From: Chitinivibrionales bacterium
GTDB taxonomy: Bacteria > Fibrobacterota > Chitinivibrionia > Chitinivibrionales > WJKA01
Direction: 5' to 3'
Length of the DNA stretch: 64,000 bases
Assembly (NCBI GenBank): GCA_038247415.1
Contig: JBBRUX010000020.1
Location: 1-64,000, forward strand
The notes under the pieces were generated by a model. It saw only the letters and a program-made list of their open reading frames with translations. It ran no database searches and had not been told where the DNA came from. Within the stretch, counting starts at the first letter, position 1; every line of letters begins with the position of its first letter. A program made the translations under genes and the position numbers. Shown here piece after piece: positions 38,074 through 47,649 of this stretch.

Positions 38074-38675
38074 TGCACGGACCAAATGCAGGAATTTCGA
38101 TTGCATCGATTCTTTTTGCTAATAATATGGTATTTATGCTGTTTTTGGGATTGCGTCCAATTTTGGCGCCGTATCGTCATAGTATGGCCACGATCGTTTC
38201 TTGTAGTACGATGTCAATAGCCATTCTCGTCACGAATATCGCCTGCTTCTGTATAGATCGCGTATTGTTAATTCCTGCCGAAGCTACTGTGGTGCATCTT
38301 TTGGTTTCGGTAGTGGTAGCGCTCACGGTTGCGCAGCTTATCGAGGTATGCATGCAACGATGGTATCCTCTGGTGTACGACCAAACAGGACTTGTGGTTC
38401 CGCTTGTGACCATCGATACCGCAATTGTTGGATCCACATTTCTTATTTGTAGCGGAAATCCTTTTTCTGGGGTATCGTATACGTTTTTAGGATGCCTTGT
38501 TTTTGCACTGCTTAACGCGTGTGGGTATATTATGGCGCGGGTAATTATGGAGTGCATTCACGATAGATTAGGCGAATATAAAGGGTCGGGGTTGCTTGAT
38601 GGCATACCACGAATTCTCATAGCGTGTGGTCTTGTATCGCTTGTATTTTTAGGCCTTAGCGGAACCGTTTTGTAA
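38070..38675 (+). CDS. rnfA: Rnf complex subunit A, divergent
   Basis: NNMV...FLGL.P, QLIE, G.P..LI..GL.SL.FLG; start overlaps the rnfE stop (ATGA). Confidence 0.8.
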   Translation: MMHGPNAGISIASILFANNMVFMLFLGLRPILAPYRHSMATIVSCSTMSIAILVTNIACFCIDRVLLIPAEATVVHLLVSVVVALTVAQLIEVCMQRWYPLVYDQTGLVVPLVTIDTAIVGSTFLICSGNPFSGVSYTFLGCLVFALLNACGYIMARVIMECIHDRLGEYKGSGLLDGIPRILIACGLVSLVFLGLSGTVL

Positions 38676-38688
38676 TCGAGGAGTTTGC

Positions 38689-39714
38689 GTGTCGATTTTT
38701 ATCCTATTCTGTATTACTGGTTTTTTTATTGCAGTTTTAGCACTAAGCCAGAGTATAGTATCAAAAAAATATCAGCTCAGACATGATCCTCGCATCGATC
38801 GTATTGTTATGGCATTGCCTGGAGTCAATTGTACGGCATGTGGCTACAGAAGGTGTTCTCTCTTTGCGCGGGCCGTTGTTGAGGGAAAAGTTCCCGTGGA
38901 TGGGTGTATGCCCGGAGGTGCGCGGTGTGCTCATGAAATTGGTGATATTATGGGAATTACGGTAGCCGAACTCTTTGAACGGATGGCTGTTGTACATTGT
39001 AAAGGTGGTCATGGTCAGGTCAAGGTTGTCGCGCACTACGATGGACTAGCAGATTGCTACGGCGCAACCCTTGTTGGATCGGCTGGCCGTGCTTGTAACG
39101 ACGGGTGTCTTGGCCTTGGGTCGTGCGTACGCGCATGTCCCTTTGGAGCCCTTTCGATTACTGCAAACGGCGTGGCACTGGTAGATCAGGAAAAATGCAA
39201 CGGATGTGGACTGTGTGTAAAGCATTGTCCCCGCGCAATTATTTCTCTTATTCCGCGTGTTCATAAAATATTCCTGGCGTGCTCTAATCACGACTGGGGT
39301 TCTGGTGTTTTAGACGATTGCAGCGTAGGCTGCACCGCATGCACCCTCTGCGTACTCGCTACGCCATCGGGAGCTATTGTTATTACCAATAATCTTCCTG
39401 TGCTCGATTATCAATCCCGTGAAACGTTTGTACCTGCAGCTTCCAAATGTCCTCAAAAATGCTTTGTCGATCTTGTCAAGGCACGGCCTCGTGCCAATAT
39501 CGATACCAAATGCGACGGATGTGCCGTGTGTTTACAAGTGTGTCCCATTGCTGGTGCTATCGAGGGCACAAAAGGGATGCGGCATCGCGTGGTAAAAGAG
39601 CTCTGTATTGGTTGTGGCATCTGCTTGGAACATTGCCACGCTCATGCGATATCGTTGTGGGGTGGTTTGGGATATAAATCGACCACGATGCCGAGCAAGC
39701 GTTATCAGCGATAG
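38689..39714 (+). CDS. rnfB: Rnf complex subunit B (polyferredoxin)
   Basis: LPGVNCTACGY..C, CMPGG, GCLGLGSCVRACPF, multiple CxxCxxC...CP motifs. Confidence 0.92.
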   Translation: MSIFILFCITGFFIAVLALSQSIVSKKYQLRHDPRIDRIVMALPGVNCTACGYRRCSLFARAVVEGKVPVDGCMPGGARCAHEIGDIMGITVAELFERMAVVHCKGGHGQVKVVAHYDGLADCYGATLVGSAGRACNDGCLGLGSCVRACPFGALSITANGVALVDQEKCNGCGLCVKHCPRAIISLIPRVHKIFLACSNHDWGSGVLDDCSVGCTACTLCVLATPSGAIVITNNLPVLDYQSRETFVPAASKCPQKCFVDLVKARPRANIDTKCDGCAVCLQVCPIAGAIEGTKGMRHRVVKELCIGCGICLEHCHAHAISLWGGLGYKSTTMPSKRYQR

Positions 39715-39716
39715 GC

Positions 39717-41714
39717 TCATTTAACAGAATCTGCAGCGCATCGAAATCCTATCGCGCCAAGCCTGATTGTAGGATTATACCCCACGCGTTTGGCACTTCT
39801 GAGTGCATTTCCTGAGCTTGAAAATCCACCACCCCGCAGCACTTTGTAAAATCCTGTTTGGGGTCCTTTTGGATTAACAACAGGGGAACGAGCATAATAG
39901 CCTGGGTCGTACCAGTCGTTGCACCATTCGAGCACATTGCCTTGCATATCATAGAGTCCAAATGCATTGGGGTTAAAACTGCCTACAGGCGTTGTGCGTT
40001 GTCGATAGAGCCCCGGGGCAACATCCCCAAAAGGTTGTTCGCCGTTAAAATTAGCTTCTGATGGTGCTATAAAATTCCCGTTAGAAAAATAGGTGTACGC
40101 GTTTGCACGGCATGCGTATTCCCATTCTGCTTCGGTGGGGAGTCGTTTATCAATGCGCGTGCAGTAATCATAGGCTTCGTTCCAGGTGACGTTGTTCACC
40201 GGACAAGGCCCACACACCGGACCCGACGATGGAGTAAAGCCCATGGTTTTCCCAAAATCAATTTGCGTAACTTCATATTTATCCAAGGCAAAAGCAGCAA
40301 CGGTTACCGAGTGCTGTGGTTGTTCATCGGGGGATCCTTCCTTTTCGGCACTCCCCATATAAAAAGTGCCCTTTGGCAAAGCAACCATGCTTCCTATCTG
40401 ATTTGAGATGAGTATCTCGGAACTATCGCTTGAGGAAGCGTGTAGCCCGTTTCCGAGGGTTGGGGTTGCTGCCGCTGCTATTTTTGCTTGTGCGCGAGGA
40501 ATGCAAGTAAACAGGTTGTGAATGGCTGTAGGTATAACAGAAAAGAAAAGACCGGGATCGTTTTGTGCAACTTCAGATATTCTTCCGTCAACACGATCGT
40601 ATAATACATTGATCATTTTGAGATTAAGTACGTATTGGGATCCAAGCTTGCCGATGTCTCCTGTCAAGAGGTAGTCGGCTCCCAGTGCCATACCGCTTTC
40701 GATAAGGCACGAATCGGCGTTGCAGGTTCCAAGGTCGCCTTGGTTTTTTCGGCGTAAGATTGATGCTATTTCATCGGGAAATAGTGTGTGGTATTGTTGG
40801 GTTTTTGCAATTTCATTGCCTAAAAATTCTGTAATGGCGTCACAATTTTGTCTCTCTACAGATTGAGACCTAATTGCTACCAGAGCAATAGTTTTTAAAA
40901 CGCCATTTTCATCATAGTGGGGAGAAGTAACTTTCTTTTCTAGCGGTTGGGCTTTAGTCTGGTCGGGTAGTTGTGGCTTTTGTGCAATGGTAAGAGGCGC
41001 TTGAGGAACTGCAGGTTTTTGACTCTGAGGTGGTTTGATTTCTACTGCTATGGCAACGCTACCAAGCATAATCCGACTGGGTAAAGCACTTATTTGGGTT
41101 GTATGATTTCTTTGATTTATGGTAATCCGTTTTGGTGCAGTAATGACAAGGGGTGCTTTGCCACGCATTCCTTCAATTGAGACGTTTCCGCTTGAAAGAT
41201 CGATTTCTGCAATGTCGCCATGTGCTCGTGCAATAAGAGAAGCGCTCTGAATGGTTAAACGACTTTGGGCAATTGAAATGGTAATAAGCTTTTTAGAAGA
41301 ATCGGCGAACGACGAAAACTCAACTTCACCTGAGTCAAGCGTTATTCCAAGTGCAAGATTGCCATCGATGGAGGATTGTTTGACTTCCCCAAGGCGGGCG
41401 TTGCTATTTTCATCGAGCCTGATAACTGCTGCATTGCCAAATCGGCATTCGAGATGGCTTTCCGAATACGTTTTTATCTGCGATGGTGTGGGGAGGTTGT
41501 CGCCACGTTTAAGCATCGTTACTGCGGTGTCGGGGGGTGTTTTGTACAGTACCGTTCCGTGAACTGCTGTAACTAAGAACGCTGGGGAGAAGGTTTGCGC
41601 AGCTTCTCCTATCCAGAAGAGCATGGTTATAAGTTGTGCTGCAAATCGCATGCTGTAAGTTATGTTAATCATATGATGTATCCTATTAGAACGCGAATAA
41701 TGTTTCAAGATCAC
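39717..41714 (-). CDS. Multidomain protein: FecR-like N-terminus, CsgG/TolB-N-like middle, FGE-sulfatase (SUMF1) C-terminus
   Basis: IRLDENS; C....C....G..LGADY...G; RLPTEAEWEYACRA, PNAFGLYDM.GNV.EW..DWY, GFRC; true start may be 41672 or 41651. Confidence 0.8.
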   Translation of the reverse strand: MILKHYSRSNRIHHMINITYSMRFAAQLITMLFWIGEAAQTFSPAFLVTAVHGTVLYKTPPDTAVTMLKRGDNLPTPSQIKTYSESHLECRFGNAAVIRLDENSNARLGEVKQSSIDGNLALGITLDSGEVEFSSFADSSKKLITISIAQSRLTIQSASLIARAHGDIAEIDLSSGNVSIEGMRGKAPLVITAPKRITINQRNHTTQISALPSRIMLGSVAIAVEIKPPQSQKPAVPQAPLTIAQKPQLPDQTKAQPLEKKVTSPHYDENGVLKTIALVAIRSQSVERQNCDAITEFLGNEIAKTQQYHTLFPDEIASILRRKNQGDLGTCNADSCLIESGMALGADYLLTGDIGKLGSQYVLNLKMINVLYDRVDGRISEVAQNDPGLFFSVIPTAIHNLFTCIPRAQAKIAAAATPTLGNGLHASSSDSSEILISNQIGSMVALPKGTFYMGSAEKEGSPDEQPQHSVTVAAFALDKYEVTQIDFGKTMGFTPSSGPVCGPCPVNNVTWNEAYDYCTRIDKRLPTEAEWEYACRANAYTYFSNGNFIAPSEANFNGEQPFGDVAPGLYRQRTTPVGSFNPNAFGLYDMQGNVLEWCNDWYDPGYYARSPVVNPKGPQTGFYKVLRGGGFSSSGNALRSAKRVGYNPTIRLGAIGFRCAADSVK

Positions 41715-43944
41715 GAAGATTTCTAAGAGTTACTATTTCTCTGTTGTCTATAAGCGCTGTTACCGGATTGAAAATTCCTAATTCGCTATACTGCATAAAG
41801 TTATGGCGCAAAAGATATTCTTTTTTGCTCATTTCTCCTATGAATTTGTCAATCGAAATGCCAACCGACTTAAGCCCCTTATACCCGTACTCCGAACCAG
41901 TTTTTAAAGCAAACCCTTGCAAGTATTTAAAATAGAGGTTTGGGTAGTCTTCCAAAAAAACAAGCCAACGCAAAGCTTCCTCCCGTTGGAGGGCACTTAT
42001 TGGCGACGATGCTTCATGCGTGGGATCTTCGGCAATAAACGGCTTGATATAAATGTATCGTTTCGTTTTTGCTGCGTCAAGAGCAGTTCGCAGCACTGCT
42101 TTGGCATCGGGGAAAAAAGGGTCGATAAAAAGGGTTATTGCTTTTTTCTGGAGTTGCCTTTTATAAAAATAATTCGCAGGGTATACGCCCTCTTTAAAGG
42201 TTAGCATGTCTAAGGTATCGGTAAGCCCATCGGCAATAATAGGAAAATTGAACGTCTTATATACCTTAGAATCAAAGAGATAGAATGGTAGTGCCTGCGG
42301 ATTAAACCTTTTTTGGAGCGAGTCCCCTAAAGGCGTTTCGAGCGGAATGCTATCGATGCTCGCTGCAGGAAAAAGATCGAGTGTCGTTTGGACGAACGGC
42401 CTAAACGATGGATCTCGGGCAAGGCGCGAATACAGTATGATCGCGTGGAAGGCAGTGTCGGGTTTAAAAGTGCATGAAGCTTTTGCATGAGTTGTATCGC
42501 AGGTCCCCAAAAAGCCTTTCTTACGGCAATCTGCGTTATCGATACAAGCAGGAAGCGAATCGCAGTACGGTTCTTTATGGAGAGTAGATGCGCATTCGTT
42601 GGATAAAAGCCTTTTATCAATAATATCAAACGTAGTGGGCGCCGTATTAATAAGAAGCGTGGGAGAAGCCGAAATACCAATACGTTGACTACGTGCATAG
42701 TGTGTTGCTAGGGTTTGAGCTGCATGGTGTTTGATCCACCTGTCTATGGCGGTGGTGTCTAAACCCAAAGCTATAATAATAGAACGCGTTGTACTAGTTT
42801 CGCTTGTCCTGCGATCGCAAAAGGCGCCATAGCGATTGGGGTAAAGGGCTTCGACTGCAAGCCACAATTTTTCATCGGTAATTTCCGCATCCCCGTGAAG
42901 TGACGTTACTGTTGAATCGGGATTTACCGTGCCAATAAAATAGATATACAAATCGGCAGTGGGGGTTTTTCGGATAAGAGCCCGCACTGCACCAAGTGCA
43001 GGGAGACCATAAGGACATTGACTCATGATATATAAATCGTAGCGGTTGTGTTTTGGGGGATCAACAGTTCCTTTTTCTGCAAGGAGTGCGTCAAAGCGCG
43101 GGTCGGCTTTACTGCTTGCGCTAATATCAATAAAGTCATTATAGGCAACGAAGGGGCTTTTAGGATCTGCAATAGAGAGAGCCGAGAGTGCTTTGCCCTG
43201 AAATCCGAATTGAAGGATGGTGGCATTTTTATACGATACTGTTGCGGTTGCAGATGTTTTACGGTGTCCATTGATTAAAATTTTACAAGCGGGAAATGCA
43301 TCGGCAATCGCCTTTGTTGCTTCTTCGCCCGTGTGTGCAAGAATGATGGGAACATCATAGCTTGTTCCCATTGCATCGAAAGCAATCTTGAGCGCTTCAA
43401 TGGGATTGGTTATGCGTATCGAGGTGTCGTTCTGGACAATGTTTTCTTGAGTTATAACGGCGGTTATACCAAAACGGATGCCATTGCGCGTAACAATGCG
43501 GAAGGCTGGCAGTAGAGGCTTGTTGTCTTTTGTAAATATGTTCGCGCACACCAAGGGTAGAGAATCTTTGCTCGCGTGCGCACAGAGCCAGGTAGCTCCA
43601 AAAATCAGGTCGTCGTCGCCAAGTGCTACTGCATCGTAGCGCATAAGGCCCATAGCGGCAATAGTTTTTTGGGATCGAATCGAATCCCGTGCTCGTCCTT
43701 CGGTGTAGGAATCGTATATCCCCCCTCCGCAAAATCCACCTGCGTCAAGAAGAAGCAAGGGCGAGAGCTTGCGCAGCGAATCTAAAACGGTTGCCCGTTG
43801 CGCTAATCCGCCACCCGGGGCAACTGTGCAGTCGCATGGGTAAAGCATCGCATGTGTTTCTCCCGACGCGACCACTATCGTGGAGGAACGTGCAAAGATG
43901 GATGATGCAGCTAGAAGAAGGCAGAGCATAATCGATTGTTTCAT
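41686..43944 (-). CDS. Secreted UshA/5'-nucleotidase-like metallophosphoesterase fused to thioredoxin/DsbA-like domains
   Basis: Signal peptide, GETHAMLYPCDC...GGLAQR, LLLDAG, IILAH, INGH; YIMSQCPYG, SLHG, GISASPT. Confidence 0.7.
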   Translation of the reverse strand: MKQSIMLCLLLAASSIFARSSTIVVASGETHAMLYPCDCTVAPGGGLAQRATVLDSLRKLSPLLLLDAGGFCGGGIYDSYTEGRARDSIRSQKTIAAMGLMRYDAVALGDDDLIFGATWLCAHASKDSLPLVCANIFTKDNKPLLPAFRIVTRNGIRFGITAVITQENIVQNDTSIRITNPIEALKIAFDAMGTSYDVPIILAHTGEEATKAIADAFPACKILINGHRKTSATATVSYKNATILQFGFQGKALSALSIADPKSPFVAYNDFIDISASSKADPRFDALLAEKGTVDPPKHNRYDLYIMSQCPYGLPALGAVRALIRKTPTADLYIYFIGTVNPDSTVTSLHGDAEITDEKLWLAVEALYPNRYGAFCDRRTSETSTTRSIIIALGLDTTAIDRWIKHHAAQTLATHYARSQRIGISASPTLLINTAPTTFDIIDKRLLSNECASTLHKEPYCDSLPACIDNADCRKKGFLGTCDTTHAKASCTFKPDTAFHAIILYSRLARDPSFRPFVQTTLDLFPAASIDSIPLETPLGDSLQKRFNPQALPFYLFDSKVYKTFNFPIIADGLTDTLDMLTFKEGVYPANYFYKRQLQKKAITLFIDPFFPDAKAVLRTALDAAKTKRYIYIKPFIAEDPTHEASSPISALQREEALRWLVFLEDYPNLYFKYLQGFALKTGSEYGYKGLKSVGISIDKFIGEMSKKEYLLRHNFMQYSELGIFNPVTALIDNREIVTLRNLRDLETLFAF

Positions 43945-44130
43945 AACAAGATCCGAAAAAAAGGTGTTTGAGAGGGCATTTGAGCAAAGGAATACTGTAT
44001 CCGCAAAATTGCAGCGGAAAGCTCTCTAATAAACTAAATTATAGTAAGATCCAATTCATTCGATTCCGCTTTTGGTTCTATTGGGTGGAAACGAGCTTCC
44101 TTTTAACCGTATCTATATCAGGAGTTGTCT

Positions 44131-45519
44131 ATGTCAGTAAAAATCCTGCTTGATGAAAGTGAAATTCCCCGTCAATGGTACAATCTGGCGCCCGATCTGC
44201 CTACACCTATGTTGCCAGCACTCGGACCCGATGGCTCGCTTGTGCCTCCAGAAGCATGGGGCAGCATTTTTCCTATGAATCTTGTCGAGCAGGAGTTTTC
44301 TCAGAAACGGTGGATCGATATTCCATCTGAAGTGCTGGATCTGCTGTATCGCTGGAGACCTGCGCCGCTTCGACGGGCAGTGTACCTAGAAAAGGCATTG
44401 GGAACACCCGCAAAAATTTATTATAAGGACGAAAGCGTCTCCCCTGCAGGGAGTCATAAGCCCAATACTGCTATTCCTCAAGCGTGGTACAATAAACAGG
44501 CTGGTACCAAAACGTTAACCACCGAAACAGGTGCAGGACAGTGGGGCTGCGCGCTTTCTTTTGCGTCAAGCCTTGTTGGCCTTGACTGCAAAGTATTCAT
44601 GGTGCGGATTAGCTTCGATCAAAAGCCGTTTCGTAAGCTCATGATGGAAACATGGGGCGGAACCTGTATTGCGAGTCCAAGCAATGAAACCAATGCAGGA
44701 CGTAAATTTCTCGAAGATGATGCCCGCACAAACGGCAGTCTGGGTATGGCCATTTCTGAGGCTATCGAAGCTGCGGTGAGCGATCCTTCAGGAAAAACAA
44801 AATATTCGATTGGCAGTTGCCTAAACCATGTATTGTTACATCAAACCATTATCGGGCTCGAAGCCAAAAAGCAGCTTGCAAAAGTTGGCGTTAAAAAACC
44901 CGATATTGTTATTGGTTGTGCAGGTGGCGGGTCGAATTTTGGTGGTATTGCATTTCCGTTTGTATACGATAAAATCAATGGCGCCAATATAGAAATTATT
45001 CCTGTGGAACCAACTTCGTGTCCTACGCTTACTCGTGGCATATTCTCCTACGATTTTGGCGATACACAAGGTTTAACACCGCTTATTCCCATGCACACGC
45101 TGGGGCATAATTTTATGTCTGCTCCAATTCATGCTGGTGGATTGCGGTATCATGGTATGTCTCCGCTCGTATCGCAAGCCGTGGTAGAAGGGCTCCTGAC
45201 TCCCCGCGCAGTTCCACAAACTGAATGTTATAAGGCAGCCGTTTTGTGGGCTCGCACCGAGGGTATGATACCAGCTCCCGAATCGAGTCATGCGATAGCT
45301 GTTACAATTGCAGAGGCCTTAAAGGCAAAAGAAGAAGGCAAAGAAAAAACCATCCTCTTTAGCTTGTCGGGTCATGGGCTTATGGATCTGCAAGGGTATT
45401 CCCGTTATTTAAACGGGGAGCTTTCAGATCATGAACTGCCCCAGGAAGAGATCGAAAAAGCCGAGGCCGATCTTGCTGCATATCCAAAGGCAGAATCGCG
45501 TAAAACAGGAAAATGGTAA
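44131..45519 (+). CDS. trpB: TrpB2-type tryptophan synthase beta-like PLP enzyme
   Basis: SPAGSHKPNTA, TTETGAGQWG, GGGSNF, IHAGGLRYHG, PAPESSHA, SGHG; AGGAG RBS. Confidence 0.93.
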   Translation: MSVKILLDESEIPRQWYNLAPDLPTPMLPALGPDGSLVPPEAWGSIFPMNLVEQEFSQKRWIDIPSEVLDLLYRWRPAPLRRAVYLEKALGTPAKIYYKDESVSPAGSHKPNTAIPQAWYNKQAGTKTLTTETGAGQWGCALSFASSLVGLDCKVFMVRISFDQKPFRKLMMETWGGTCIASPSNETNAGRKFLEDDARTNGSLGMAISEAIEAAVSDPSGKTKYSIGSCLNHVLLHQTIIGLEAKKQLAKVGVKKPDIVIGCAGGGSNFGGIAFPFVYDKINGANIEIIPVEPTSCPTLTRGIFSYDFGDTQGLTPLIPMHTLGHNFMSAPIHAGGLRYHGMSPLVSQAVVEGLLTPRAVPQTECYKAAVLWARTEGMIPAPESSHAIAVTIAEALKAKEEGKEKTILFSLSGHGLMDLQGYSRYLNGELSDHELPQEEIEKAEADLAAYPKAESRKTGKW

Positions 45520-45550
45520 CGAGCCGTTTTTTGTAAACGCGCACGAATCG

Positions 45551-45579
45551 AAGGCTCCAGAATAAATTCAGGGGCCTTT
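45551..45579. terminator. Hairpin between convergent genes, probable terminator
   Basis: AAGGCTCC...GGGGCCTT stem. Confidence 0.45.
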
Positions 45580-45620
45580 GTTGTATGGGGAGATCACGTG
45601 ATTCATGAGTTCTTTATAAA

Positions 45621-47546
45621 TCACCCATGGTTCTCTATCATCAATGAAAGATCCGACAGTGTAAATGGTTTGCAGATGCTAGAAGCAAAGCCATACTTTG
45701 TAGGGTTGGCGATAATCGGATCGGCTGAGTACCCGCTCATGACGAAGATGGGTACCTGTGGATCAAGGTTACGCAACGCTTCTGCAGTTTCTTTCCCACC
45801 CATGTTTCCGGGGATTGTCAGGTCGAGAATAATTCCCTTGACCGGATTGTTCTGTTTTTTTTCTTTTGCAAATAATTCGAGAGTTTCGTTGCCCTGTGTT
45901 GTGCAGAGCGCAGTATAGCCTAAAAATTTGAGCATAGCACAGAGCGTGGTACGGATGGTGGTCTCGTCATCCATAACAATGAATATTCCACTTTCTTTTG
46001 CATTTTTTGCAGGAATATCTTTCTGTGCTTCCTGTTGTGAACCATTGACGGCGGGCAGGAGTATTTGAAATACTGTTCCTGTGCCTTCTTCCGATTCAAC
46101 GTCAATACTTCCGCCGTGACGATGAATAATTGAGTAGCATGTTGCAAGGCCTAATCCATGACCTGATGGTTTGGTGGTAAAAAAAGGATCGAAAATGCGA
46201 GGTAGAATTTCTGGCGAAATTCCTATTCCTTCATCCTTGACAAGAATGCTGACATACGTGCCTGGCATGAGTGTAAGATGCGTATGATCGAGGGATATGT
46301 TGCTTGCGCAAAGCCTAATGTCGCCGCCTTCGGGCATTGCCTGTTTCGCATTTATAATAATGTTGTCGACTACCTGACCAATCTGATTTTTGTCTATAGA
46401 GCAATCCCATAAGTCATCTTGTATATCATATGAACAGGATACATTTGAACCGCTAAGGGCAAATTGAACCGTCTCTTCGACAAAGGGAAAAAGCTTTTCT
46501 ATCTTCTGGCAAGGAGTGCCGCCCTTTGCAAAGGTAAGAAGCTGCTGGGTTAATGCCCGGGTGCGTGAAATTGTTGCATAACAGGAATCGAGATATTCTT
46601 TAACTTGAGGAGAATCTGATTCAAGACGCGCGAGTTCGAGAAACCCATAGATGCCACCTAAGAGGTTGTTGAAATCGTGTGCAATACCACCAGCCAAAAC
46701 TCCAAGCGAATCGAGTTTTTGCATTTGATGAATTTGCTCATTGAGCATCTCTCGCTCATGTGCGTCGTCAATGCGCTGCGAAATATCCCTCATGAAACAT
46801 TGCCCCGTTCCATCGGGCATGATTTTCGAAAGCATTTCAACAGGAATTTTTTTTCTCGATTTTGTTGTGATTGACCGGGCTTTTTTGATGGGGGCCTGTG
46901 ATGAAAGCAGATCGTATCTGAGCGGCTGTTGAGCAATTGCATCTTTATCGAAGATGTCGCGCATGTTCATAGACAAAAGCTCTTCCCGCGAGTATCCTGT
47001 TAAAATTGAGGCCTGGTTATTTACAGTAATGTAATCACCTTGAGGGTCTCCCTGAAAGAATGCATCGGGGGCGCATTCGAGCAATGAGCGGTATTTTTCT
47101 TCGCTCTTTCGAAGCGCTTCTTCGGAATGTTTGCGCTGTGAGATATCCTGAATCACGCCAAAGAGTGTATTTGAGTCTTTGTCGTAAATTGCGAGTGAAT
47201 GAATATCTTTTATTTCGCCTGTGGCAGGTGTCTTGATCTTAAACTCAACATCGTAGGGGACACCATTGACAAGAAGGCTTTTAATGGCATCATTGAGGAG
47301 TTGCCGGTACTCTGGTAAGGGAACGCTTTTTATAAATTCGTAGGTGAGGCTTGTTGTATCAACGCCATAAATAAGAGCCGCGCCTTCTGATGCAATCATC
47401 ATTGTGGTATCTAAATGAAGTTCCCAATTGCCGGATTTGGAGGCAATTTCGGCTCGTTTAAGCCGTGCTTCACTCAGGCGGAGAGCTTCTTTGGTGGAAT
47501 TGTTAGACAAATCTGTCACATTTAGCTCCTTGATAAAGGGAAGCAT
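45621..47546 (-). CDS. Double-PAS hybrid sensor histidine kinase
   Basis: LAGGIAHDFNNL, DEGIGI, FDPFFTTK, GLGL; receiver ILDLTIPG. Confidence 0.92.
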   Translation of the reverse strand: MLPFIKELNVTDLSNNSTKEALRLSEARLKRAEIASKSGNWELHLDTTMMIASEGAALIYGVDTTSLTYEFIKSVPLPEYRQLLNDAIKSLLVNGVPYDVEFKIKTPATGEIKDIHSLAIYDKDSNTLFGVIQDISQRKHSEEALRKSEEKYRSLLECAPDAFFQGDPQGDYITVNNQASILTGYSREELLSMNMRDIFDKDAIAQQPLRYDLLSSQAPIKKARSITTKSRKKIPVEMLSKIMPDGTGQCFMRDISQRIDDAHEREMLNEQIHQMQKLDSLGVLAGGIAHDFNNLLGGIYGFLELARLESDSPQVKEYLDSCYATISRTRALTQQLLTFAKGGTPCQKIEKLFPFVEETVQFALSGSNVSCSYDIQDDLWDCSIDKNQIGQVVDNIIINAKQAMPEGGDIRLCASNISLDHTHLTLMPGTYVSILVKDEGIGISPEILPRIFDPFFTTKPSGHGLGLATCYSIIHRHGGSIDVESEEGTGTVFQILLPAVNGSQQEAQKDIPAKNAKESGIFIVMDDETTIRTTLCAMLKFLGYTALCTTQGNETLELFAKEKKQNNPVKGIILDLTIPGNMGGKETAEALRNLDPQVPIFVMSGYSADPIIANPTKYGFASSICKPFTLSDLSLMIENHG

Positions 47547-47649
47547 TTCGAAGCGTTGTTACAAAAAAAATATAACTATTGTATGTTTGCAGATCCAAAT
47601 AATTCGGCTCTACTATGCTAGCTTATTAAATGACTAAGCCAACTTGGTT

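Noticed and set aside
43800..43860. Selenocysteine recoding in the UshA-like gene
   Set aside because: Both motif positions are TGC Cys codons and the frame is open.
44131..45519. trpB without trpA as a novelty
   Set aside because: Stand-alone TrpB2 genes are well known.
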